DNA from: Leptogorgia sarmentosa
Taxonomy: Eukaryota
Length of the DNA stretch: 64,000 nt
Direction of reading: 5' to 3'
Assembly (NCBI GenBank): GCA_964658305.1
Contig: OZ210885.1
Location: forward strand, 14,136,001-14,200,000
Each line of letters begins with the position of its first letter. Position 1 is the stretch's first letter. The notes beneath the pieces are model-generated. The model was not told where the DNA came from, searched no databases, and worked only from the letters and a program-made list of their open reading frames with translations. Position numbers and translations under genes: made by a program. Of this stretch, positions 40,801-53,900 are shown piece after piece.

Positions 40801-43800
40801 TTGGTTAAATTATAGCAAAATTTCACCACATTTAACCAACCTTGATAAATTAAATGCCACATCGTCAATGACTAAAAAAAACAAGGTTGCTTTTTGATGA
40901 AAGGTGTTAGAGAAGTTGGTTAAATTATAGCAAAATTTCACCACATTTATCAAACCTTGATAAATTAAACGCCACATTGTCAATGACTAAAAAAACAAGG
41001 TTGCTTCTTCATATATCACTGTCATTAACGGTGTTAGAGAAGTTGGTTTATAGCAAAATTTCACCACATTTAACCAACCTTGATAAATTAAACGCCACAT
41101 CATCAATGACTCAAAAAAACAAGGTTGCTTTTTTATGAAGGGTGTTAGAGAATTTGGGTAAATTATAGCAAAATTTCACCACATTTATCCAACCTTGATA
41201 AATTAAACGCCACATTGTCAATGACTCAAAAAACAAGGTTGCTTCTTCATATATCACTGTTATTAACAGTGTTAGAGAAGTTGGTTTAAATATAGCAAAA
41301 TTTCACCACATTTAACCAACCTTGATAAATTAAACGCCACATTGTCAATGACTCAAAAAAACAAGGTTGCTTCTTCATATATCACTGTTATGAAGGGTGT
41401 TGGAGAAGTTGGTTAAATTATAGCAAAATTTCACCACATTTAACCAACCTTGATAAATTAAACGCCACATCATCAATGACTCAAAAAAACAAGGTTGCTT
41501 TTTTATGAAGGGTGTTAGAGAAGTTGGTTAAATTATAGCAAAATTTCATCACATTTAACCAACCTTGATAAATTAAACGCCACATTGTGAATGACTCAAA
41601 AAAACAAGGTTGCTTCTTCATATATCACTGTTATCAAGGGTGTTAGAGAAGTTGGTTTAAATAAAGCAACATTTCACCACATTTAACCAACCTTGATAAA
41701 TTAAACGCCACATTGTCAATGACTAAAAAAACAAGGTTGCTTCTTCACATATCACTGTTACTAACGGTGTTAGAGAAGTTGGTTTATAGCAAAATTTCAC
41801 CACATTTAACCAACCTTGATAAATTAAACGCCACATCATCAATGACTCAAAAAAACAAGTTTGCTTCTTCATATAACACTGTTATGAAGGGTGTTGGAGA
41901 ACTTGGTTAAATTATAGAAAAATTTCACCACATTTAACCAACCTTGATAAATTAAATGCCACATCATCAATGACTCAAAAAAACAAGGTTGCTTGTTCAT
42001 ATATCACTGTTGTGAAGGGTGTTGGAGAACTTCGTTAAAATATAGCAACATTTCGCCACATTGAACCAACCTTGATAAATTAAACGCCACGTCGTCAATG
42101 GCTCAAAAAAACAAGGTTGCTTCTTCATATATCACTGTTATGAAGGGTGTTAGAGAAGTTGGTTTATAGCAAAATTTCACCACATTTAACCAACCTTGAT
42201 AAATTAAACGCCACATCATCAATGACTCAAAAAAACAAGGTTGCTTTTTTATGAAAGGTGTTAGAGAAGTTGGTTAAATTATAGCAAAATTTCACCACAT
42301 TTATCCAACCTTGATAAATTAAACGCCACTTTGTCAATGACTCAAAAAACAAGGTTGCTTCTTCATATATCACTGTTATTAACAGTGTTAGAGAAGTTGG
42401 TTTAAATATAGCAAAATTTCACCACATTTAACCAACCTTGATAAATTAAACGCCACATTGTCAATGACTCAAAAAAACAAGGTTGCTTCTTCATATATCA
42501 CTGTTATGTAGGGTGTTGGAGAAGTTGGTTAAATTATAGCAAAATTTCACCACATTTAAGCAACCTTGATAAATTAAACGCCACATCGTGAATGACTAAA
42601 AAAAACAAGGTTGCTTCTTCATATATCACTGTTATGAAGGGTGTTAGAGAAGTTGATTTAAATATAGCAAAATTTCACCACATTTAACCAACCTTGATAA
42701 ATTAAATGCCACATCGTCAATGACTAAAAAAAACAAGGTTGCTTTTTGATGAAAGGTGTTAGAGAATTTGGGTAAATTATAGCAAAATTTCACCACATTT
42801 ATCCAACCTTGATAAATTAAACGCCACTTTGTCAATGACTCAAAAAACAAGGTTGCTTCTTCATATATCACTGTTATTAACAGTGTTAGAGAAGTTGGTT
42901 TAAATATAGCAAAATTTCACCACATTTAACCAACCTTGATAAATTAAACGCCACATTGTCAATGACTAAAAAAAACAAGGTTGCTTTTTTATGAAGGGTG
43001 TTAGAGAAGTTGGTTAAATTAGAGCAAAATTTCACCACATTTAACCAACCTTGATAAATTAAATGCCACATTGTGAATGACTCAAAAAAACAAGGTTGCT
43101 TCTTCATATATCACTGTTATGAAGGGTGTTAGAGAAGTTGGTTTAAATAAAGCAACATTTCACCACATTTAACCAACCTTGATAAATTAAACGCCACATC
43201 ATCAATGACTCAAAAAAACAAGGTTGCTTTTTTATGAAGGGTGTTAGAGAATTTGGGTAAATTATAGCAAAATTTCACCACATTTATCCAACCTTGATAA
43301 ATGAAACGCCACATTGTCAATGACTCAAAAAACAAGGTTGCTTCCTCACATATCACTGTTACTAACGGTGTTAGAGAAGTTGGTTTATAGCAAAATATCA
43401 CCACAGTTAACCAACCTTAATCAATTAAACGCCATATCATCAATGACTAAAAAAAACAAGGTTGCTTCTTCATATAACACTGTTATGAAGGGTGTTAGAG
43501 AAGTTGGTTAAATTATAGCAAAATTTCACCACATTGAACCAACCTTGACAAATTAAACGCCACATCGTGAATGACTAAAAAAAACAAGGTTGCTTCTTCA
43601 TATATCACTGTTATGAAGGATGTTAGAGAAGTTGGTTTAAATATAGCAAAATTTCAACACATTTAACCAACCTTGATAAATTAAACGCCACATTGTCAAT
43701 GACTCAAAAAAACAAGGTTGCTTCCTCATATATCACCGTTATGAAGGGTGTTGGAGAAGTTGGTTAAATTATAGCAACATTTCACCACATTTATCCAACC

Positions 43801-46800
43801 TTGATAAATTAAACGCCACATCGTCAATGACTCAGAAAAACAATGTTGTTTCTTCATATATCACTGTTACGAACGGTGTTAGAGAAGTTGGTTTAAATAT
43901 AGCAAAATTTCACCACATTTAACCAACCCTGACAAATTAAACGCCACATCGTCAATGACTCAAAAAAACAAGTTTGCTTCTTCATATAACACTGTTATGA
44001 AGGGTGTTGGAGAAGTTGGTTAAATTATAGCAAAATTTCACCACATTTAACCAACCTTGATAAATTAAATGCCACATTGTCAATGACTCAAAAAAACAAG
44101 GTTGCTTTTTTATGAAGGGTGTTAGAGAAGTTGGTTAAATTATAGCAAAATTTCACCACATTTAACCAACCTTGATAAATTAAACGCCACATCATCAATG
44201 ACTCAAAAAAACAAGGTTGCTTTTTTATGAAGGGTGTTAGAGAATTTGGGTAAATTATAGCAAAATTTCACCACATTTATCCAACCTTGATAAATTAAAC
44301 GCCACTTTGTCAATGACTCAAAAAACAAGGTTGCTTCTTCATATATCACTGTTATTAACAGTGGTAGAGAAGTTGGTTTATAGCAAAATATCACCACATT
44401 TAACCAACCTTAATCAATTAAACGCCACATCATCAATGACTAAAAAAAACAAGGTTGCTTCTTCATATAACACTGTTATGAAGGGTGTTAGAGAAGTTGG
44501 TTAAATTATAGCAAAATTTCACCACATTTAACCAACCTTGATAAATTAAACGCCACATCGTCAATGACTCAAAAAAACAAGGTTGCTTTTTTATGAAGGG
44601 TGTTAGAGAATTTGGGTAAATTATAGCAAAATTTCACCACATTTATCCAACGTTGATAAATTAAACGCCACATTGTCAATGACTCAAAAAACAAGGTTGC
44701 TTCTTCATATATCACTGTTATGAAGGGTGTCAGAGAAGTTGGTTTAAATAAAGCAACATTTCACCACATTTAACCAACCTTGATAAATTAAACGCCACAT
44801 TGTCAATGAATCAAAAAAACAAGGTTACTTCTTCATATAACACTGTTATGAAGGGTGTTAGAGAAGTTGGTTAAATTATAGCAAAATTTCACCACATTTA
44901 ACCAACCTTGATAAATTAAACGGCACACTGTGAATGACTAAAAAAAACAAGGTTGCTTCTTCATATATCACTGTTATGAAGGGTGTTAGAGTAGTTGGTT
45001 TATAGCAAAATTTCACCACATTTAACCAACCTTGATAAATTAAACGCCACATCATCAATGACTCAAAAAAACTAGGTTGCTTTATTATGAAGGGTGTTAG
45101 AGAATTTGGGTAAATTATAGCAAAATTTCACCACATTTATCCAACCTTGATAAATTAAACGCCACTTTGTCAATGACTCAAAAAACAAGGTTGCTTCTTC
45201 ATATATCACTGTTATTAACAGTGTTAGAGAAGTTGGTTTAAATATAGCAAAATTTCACCACATTTATCAAACCTTGATAAATTAAATGCCACATTGTCAA
45301 TGACTAAAAAAAACAAGGTTGCTTTTTTATGAAGGGTGTTAGAGAAGTTGGTTAAATTAGAGCAAAATTTCACCACATTTAACCAACCTTGATAAATTAA
45401 ATGCCACATTGTGAATGACTCAAAAAAACAAGGTTGCTTCTTCATATATCACTGTTATGAAGGGTGTTAGAGAAGTTGGTTTAAATAAAGCAACATTTCA
45501 CCACATTTAACCAACCTTGATAAATTAAACGCCACATCATCAATGACTCAAAAAAACAAGGTTGCTTTTTTATGAAGGGTGTTAGAGAATTTGGGTAAAT
45601 TATAGCAAAATTTCACCACATTTATCCAACCTTGATAAATGAAACGCCACATTGTCAATGACTCAAAAAACAAGGTTGCTTCTTCATATATCACTGTTAT
45701 GAAGGGTGTTAGAGAAGTTGGTTAAATTATAGCAAAATTTCACCACATTTAACCAACCTTAATAAATTAAACGCCACATTGTCAATGACTCAAAAAACAA
45801 GGTTGCTTCTTCATATATCACTGTTATTAATGGTGTTAGAGAAGTTGGTTTAAATATAGCAAAATTTCACCACATTTAACCAACCTTGATAAATTAAACG
45901 CCACATCATCAATGACTCAAAAAACAAGGTTGCTTCTTCATATATCACTGTTATGAAGGGTGTTAGAGAAGTTGGTTAAATTATAGCAAAATTTCACCAC
46001 ATTTAACCAACCTTAATAAATTAAACGCCACATTGTCAATGACTCAAAAAACAAGGTTGCTTCTTCATATATCACTGTTATTAATGGTGTTGGAGAAGTT
46101 GGTTTAAATATAGCAAAATTTCACCACATTTAACCAACCTTGATAAATTAAACGCCACGTCATCAATGACTCAAAAAACAAGGTTGCTTCTTCATATATC
46201 ACTGTTATTAACGGTGTTAGAGAAGTTGGTTTATAGCAAAATTTCACCACATTTAACCAACCTTGATAAATTAAACGCCACATCGTCAATGACTCAAAAA
46301 AACAAGGTTGCTTTTTTATGAAAGGTGTTAGAGAAGTTGGTTAAATTATAGCAAAATTTCACCACATTTAACCAACCTTGATAAATTAAATGCCACATTG
46401 TCAATGACTAAAAAAAACAAGGTTGCTTTTTGATGAAAGGTGTTAGAGAAGTTGGTTAAATTATAGCAAAATTTCACCACATTTATCAAACCTTGATAAA
46501 TTAAACGCCACATTGTCAATGACTAAAAAAACAAGGTTGCTTCTTCATATATCACTGTCATTAACGGTGTTAGAGAAGTTGGTTTATAGCAAAATTTCAC
46601 CACATTTAACCAACCTTGATAAATTAAACGCCACATCATCAATGACTCAAAAAAACAAGGTTGCTTTTTTATGAAGGGTGTTAGAGAAGTTGGTTAAATT
46701 ATAGCAAAATTTCATCACATTTAACCAACCTTGATAAATTAAACGCCACATTGTGAATGACTCAAAAAAACAAGGTTGCTTCTTCATATATCACTGTTAT

Positions 46801-47999
46801 GAAGGGTGTTAGAGAAGTTGGTTTAAATAAAGCAACATTTCACCACATTTAACCAACCTTGATAAATTAAACGCCACATTGTCAATGACTAAAAAAACAA
46901 GGTTGCTTCTTCACATATCACTGTTACTAACGGTGTTAGAGAAGTTGGTTTATAGCAAAATTTCACCACATTTAACCAACCTTGATAAATTAAACGCCAC
47001 ATCATCAATGACTCAAAAAAACAAGTTTGCTTCTTCATATAACACTGTTATGAAGGGTGTTGGAGAACTTGGTTAAATTATAGAAAAATTTCACCACATT
47101 TAACCAACCTTGATAAATTAAATGCCACATTGTCAATGACTCAAAAAAACAAGGTTGCTTCTTCATATATCACTGTTATGAAGGGTGTTGGAGAAGTTGG
47201 TTAAATTATAGCAAAATTTCACCACATTTAACCAATCTTGATAAATTAAATGCCACATGGTCAATGACTCAAAAAAACAAGGTTGCTTCTTCATATATCA
47301 CTGTTATGAAGGGTGTTAGAGAAGTTGATTAAAATATACCAAAATTTCACCACATTTAACCAACCTTGATAAATTAAATGCCACATCGTCAATGACTCAA
47401 AAAAACAAGGTTGCTTGTTCATATATCACTGTTGTGAAGGGTGTTAGAGAAGTTCGTTAAAATATAGCAACATTTCGCCACATTGAACCAACCTTGATAA
47501 ATTAAACGCCACGTCGTCAATGGTTCAAAAAAACAAGGTTGCTTCTTCATATATCACTGTTATGAAGGGTGTTAGAGAAGTTGGTTTATAGCAAAATTTC
47601 ACCACATTTAACCAACCTTGATAAATTAAATGCCACATCGTCAATGACTAAAAAAAACAAGGTTGCTTTTTGATGAAAGGTGTTAGAGAAGTTGGTTAAA
47701 TTATAGCAAAATTTCACCACATTTAACCAACCTTGATAAATTAAACGCCACACTGTGAATGACTAAAAAAAACAAGGTTGCTTCTTCATATATCACTGTT
47801 ATGAAGGGTGTTAGAGAAGTTGGTTTAAATATAGCAAAATTTCACCACATTTAACCACCCTTGATCAATTAAACGCCACATTGTCAATGACTCAAAAAAA
47901 CAAGGTTGCTTTTTTATGAAGGGTGTTAGAGAAGTTGGTTAAATTATAGCAAAATTTCACCACATTTAACCAACCTTGATAAATTAAATGCCACATCGT

Positions 48000-50900
48000 C
48001 AATGACTAAAAAAAACAAGGTTGCTTTTTTATGAAGGGTGTTAGAGAATTTGGGTAAATTATAGCAAAATTTCACCACATTTATCCAACCTTGATAAATT
48101 AAACGCCACTTTGTCAATGACTCAAAAAACAAGGTTGCTTCTTCATATATCACTGTTATTAACAGTGTTAGAGAAGTTGGTTTAAATATAGCAAAATTTC
48201 ACCACATTTAACCAACCTTGATAAATTAAACGCCACATTGTCAATGACTAAAAAAAACAAGGTTGCTTTTTTATGAAGGGTGTTAGAGAAGTTGGTTAAA
48301 TTATAGCAAAATTTCACCACATTTAACCAACCTTGATAAATTAAATGCCACATTGTGAATGACTCAAAAAAACAAGGTTGCTTCTTCATATATCACTGTT
48401 ATGAAGGGTGTTAGAGAAGTTGGTTTAAATAAAGCAACATTTCACCACATTTAACCAACCTTGATAAATTAAACGCCACATTGTCAATGACTCAAAAAAC
48501 AAGGTTGCTTCTTCACATATCACTGTTACTAACGGTGTAAGAGAAGTTGGTTTATAGCAAAATATCACCACATTTAACCAACCTTGATAAATTAAACGCC
48601 ACATCATCAATGACTAAAAAAAACAAGGTTACTTCTTCATATATCACTGTTATGAAGGGTGTTGGAGAAGTTGGTTAAATTATAGCAAAATTTCACCACA
48701 TTTAACCAACCTTGATAAATTAAACGCCACACTGTGAATGACTAAAAAAAACAAGGTTGCTTCTTCATATATCACTGTTATGAAGGGTGTTAGAGAAGTT
48801 GGTTTAAATATAGCAAAATTTCACCACATTTAACCACCCTTGATCAATTAAACGCCACATTGTCAATGACTCAAAAAAACAAGGTTGCTTTTTTATGAAG
48901 GGTGTTAGAGAAGTTGGTTAAATTATAGCAAAATTTCACCACATTTAACCAACCTTGATAAATTAAATGCCACATCGTCAATGACTAAAAAAAACAAGGT
49001 TGCTTTTTTATGAAAGGTGTTAGAGAAGTTGGTTAAATTATAGCAAAATTTCACCACATTTATCAAACCTTGATAAATTAAATGCCACATTGTCAATGAC
49101 TCAAAAAACAAGGTTGCTTCTTCATATATCACTGTTATTAACAGTGTTAGAGTAGTTGGTTTATAGCAAAATTTCACCACATTTAACCAACCTTGATAAA
49201 TTAAATGCCACATTGTCAATGACTCAAAAAAACAAGGTTGCTTCTTCATATATCACTGTTATGAAGGGTGTTGGAGAAGTTGGTTAAATTATAGCAAAAT
49301 TTCACGACATTTAACCAACCTTGATAAATTAAATTCCACATGGTCAATGACTCAAAAAAACAAGGTTGCTTCTTCATATATCACTGTTATGAAGGGTGTT
49401 AGAGAAGTTGGTTAAAACATACCAAAATTTCACCACATTTAACCAACCTTGATAAATTAAATGCCACATCGTCAATGACTCAAAAAAACAAGGTTGCTTT
49501 TTTATGAAAGGTGTTAGAGAAGTTGGTTAAATGATAGCAAAATTTCACCACATTTAACCAACCTTGATAAATTAAATGCCACATCGTCAATGACTAAAAA
49601 AAACAAGGTTGCTTTTTTATGAAAGCTGTTAGAGAAGTTGGTTAAATTATAGCAAAATTTCACCACATTTATCAAACCTTGATAAATTAAACGCCACATC
49701 ATCAATGACTCAAAAAAACAAGGTTGCTTTTTTATGAAAGCTGTTAGAGAAGTTGGTTAAATTATAGCAAAATTTCACCACATTTAACCAACCTTGATAA
49801 ATTAAATGCCACATTGTCAATGACTCAAAAAAACAAGGTTGCTTCTTCATATATCACTGTTATGAAGGGTGTTGGAGAAGTTGGTTAAATTATAGCAAAA
49901 TTTCACGACATTTAACCAACCTTGATAAATTAAATGCCACATGGTCAATGACTCAAAAAAACAAGGTTGCTTCTTCATATATCACTGTTATGAAGGGTGT
50001 TAGAGAAGTTGGTTAAAATATACCAAAATTTCACCACATTTAACCAACCTTGATAAATTAAATGCCACATCGTCAATGACTCAAAAAAACAAGGTTGCTT
50101 TTTTATGAAAGGTGTTAGAGAAGTTGGTTAAATGATAGCAAAATTTCACCACATTTAACCAACCTTGATAAATTAAATGCCACATCGTCAATGACTAAAA
50201 AAAACAAGGTTGCTTTTTTATGAAAGCTGTTAGAGAAGTTGGTTAAATTATAGCAAAATTTCACCACATTTATCAAACCTTGATAAATTAAATGCCACAT
50301 CATCAATGACTCAAAAAAACAAGGTTGCTTTTTTATGAAAGCTGTTAGAGAAGTTGGTTAAATTATAGCAAAATTTCACCACATTTAACCAACCTTGATA
50401 AATTAAATGCCACATTGTCAATGACTCAAAAAAACAAGGTTGCTTCTTCATATATCACTGTTATGAAGGGTGTTGGAGAAGTTGGTTAAATTATAGCAAA
50501 ATTTCACGACATTTAACCAACCTTGATAAATTAAATGCCACATGGTCAATGACTCAAAAAAACAAGGTTGCTTCTTCATATATCACTGTTATGAAGGGTG
50601 GTAGAGAAGTTGGTTAAAATATACCAAAATTTCACCACATTTAACCAACCTTGATAAATTAAATGCCACATCGTCAATGACTCAAAAAAACAAGGTTGCT
50701 TGTTCATATATCACTGTTATGAAGGGTGTTAGAGAAGTTCGTTAAAATATAGCAACATTTCGCCACATTGAACCAACCTTGATAAATTAAACGCCACATT
50801 GTCAATGACTCAAAAAAACAAGGTTGCTTCTTCATATATCACTGTTATGAAGGGTGTTGGAGAAGTTGGTTAAATTATAGCAAAATTTCACCACATTAAA

Positions 50901-53900
50901 CCAACCTTGATAAATTAAACGCCACATCATCAATGACTCAAAAAAACAAGGTTGCTTTTTTATGAAGGGTGTTAGAGAAGTTGGTTAAATTATAGCAAAA
51001 TTTCATCACATTTAACCAACCTTGATAAATTAAACGCCACATTGTGAATGACTCAAAAAAACAAGGTTGCTTCTTCATATATCACTGTTATGAAGGGTGT
51101 TAGAGAAGTTGGTTTAAATAAAGCAACATTTCACCACATTTAACCAACCTTGATAAATTAAACGCCACATTGTCAATGACTAAAAAAACAAGGTTGCGTT
51201 TTTATGAAGGGTTTTAGAGAAGTTGGTTAAATTATAGCAAAATTTCACCACATTTAACCAACCTTGATAAATTAAACGCCACATTGTGAATGACTAAAAA
51301 AAACAAGGTTGCTTCTTCATATATCACTGTTATGAAGGGTGTTAGAGAAGTTGGTTTAAATAAAGCAACATTTCACCACATTTAACCAACCTTGATAAAT
51401 TAAATGCCACATCGTCAATGACTAAAAAAAACAAGGTTGCTTTTTTATGAAAGCTGTTAGAGAAGTTGGTTAAATTATAGCAAAATTTCACCACATTTAT
51501 CAAACCTTGATAAATTAAACGCCACATCATCAATGACTCAAAAAAACAAGGTTGCTTTTTTATGAAAGCTGTTAGAGAAGTTGGTTAAATTATAGCAAAA
51601 TTTCACCACATTTAACCAACCTTGATAAATTAAATGCCACATTGTCAATGACTCAAAAAAACAAGGTTGCTTCTTCATATATCACTGTTATGAAGGGTGT
51701 TGGAGAAGTTGGTTAAATTATAGCAAAATTTCACGACATTTAACCAACCTTGATAAATTAAATTCCACATGGTCAATGACTCAAAAAAACAAGGTTGCTT
51801 CTTCATATATCACTGTTATGAAGGGTGTTAGAGAAGTTGGTTAAAACATACCAAAATTTCACCACATTTAACCAACCTTGATAAATTAAATGCCACATCG
51901 TCAATGACTCAAAAAAACAAGGTTGCTTTTTTATGAAAGGTGTTAGAGAAGTTGGTTAAATGATAGCAAAATTTCACCACATTTAACCAACCTTGATAAA
52001 TTAAATGCCACATCGTCAATGACTAAAAAAAACAAGGTTGCTTTTTTATGAAAGCTGTTAGAGAAGTTGGTTAAATTATAGCAAAATTTCACCACATTTA
52101 TCAAACCTTGATAAATTAAACGCCACATCATCAATGACTCAAAAAAACAAGGTTGCTTTTTTATGAAAGCTGTTAGAGAAGTTGGTTAAATTATAGCAAA
52201 ATTTCACCACATTTAACCAACCTTGATAAATTAAATGCCACATTGTCAATGACTCAAAAAAACAAGGTTGCTTCTTCATATATCACTGTTATGAAGGGTG
52301 TTGGAGAAGTTGGTTAAATTATAGCAAAATTTCACGACATTTAACCAACCTTGATAAATTAAACGCCACATTGTCAATGACTAAAAAAAACAAGGTTGCT
52401 TTTTTATGAAGGGTGTTAGAGAATTTGGGTAAATTATAGCAAAATTTCACCACATTTATCCAACCTTGATAAATTAAACGCCACTTTGTCAATGACTCAA
52501 AAAACAAGGTTGCTTCTTCATATATCACTGTTATTAACAGTGTTAGAGAAGTTGGTTTAAATATAGCAAAATTTCACCACATTTAACCAACCTTGATAAA
52601 TTAAACGCCACATTGTCAATGACTAAAAAAAACAAGGTTGCTTTTTTATGAAGGGTGTTAGAGAAGTTGGTTAAATTATAGCAAAATTTCACCACATTTA
52701 ACCAACCTTGATAAATTAAATGCCACATTGTGAATGACTCAAAAAAACAAGGTTGCTTCTTCATATATCACTGTTATGAAGGGTGTTAGAGAAGTTGGTT
52801 TAAATAAAGCAACATTTCACCACATTTAACCAACCTTGATAAATTAAACGCCACATTGTCAATGACTCAAAAAACAAGGTTGCTTCTTCACATATCACTG
52901 TTACTAACGGTGTAAGAGAAGTTGGTTTATAGCAAAATATCACCACATTTAACCAACCTTGATAAATTAAACGCCACATCATCAATGACTAAAAAAAACA
53001 AGGTTACTTCTTCATATATCACTGTTATGAAGGGTGTTGGAGAAGTTGGTTAAATTATAGCAAAATTTCACCACATTTAACCAACCTTGATAAATTAAAC
53101 GCCACACTGTGAATGACTAAAAAAAACAAGGTTGCTTCTTCATATATCACTGTTATGAAGGGTGTTAGAGAAGTTGGTTTAAATATAGCAAAATTTCACC
53201 ACATTTAACCACCCTTGATCAATTAAACGCCACATTGTCAATGACTCAAAAAAACAAGGTTGCTTTTTTATGAAGGGTGTTAGAGAAGTTGGTTAAATTA
53301 TAGCAAAATTTCACCACATTTAACCAACCTTGATAAATTAAATGCCACATCGTCAATGACTAAAAAAAACAAGGTTGCTTTTTTATGAAAGGTGTTAGAG
53401 AAGTTGGTTAAATTATAGCAAAATTTCACCACATTTATCAAACCTTGATAAATTAAATGCCACATTGTCAATGACTCAAAAAACAAGGTTGCTTCTTCAT
53501 ATATCACTGTTATTAACAGTGTTAGAGTAGTTGGTTTATAGCAAAATTTCACCACATTTAACCAACCTTGATAAATTAAATGCCACATTGTCAATGACTC
53601 AAAAAAACAAGGTTGCTTCTTCATATATCACTGTTATGAAGGGTGTTGGAGAAGTTGGTTAAATTATAGCAAAATTTCACGACATTTAACCAACCTTGAT
53701 AAATTAAATTCCACATGGTCAATGACTCAAAAAAACAAGGTTGCTTCTTCATATATCACTGTTATGAAGGGTGTTAGAGAAGTTGGTTAAAACATACCAA
53801 AATTTCACCACATTTAACCAACCTTGATAAAATAAATGCCACATCGTCAATGACTCAAAAAAACAAGGTTGCTTTTTTATGAAAGGTGTTAGAGAAGTTG

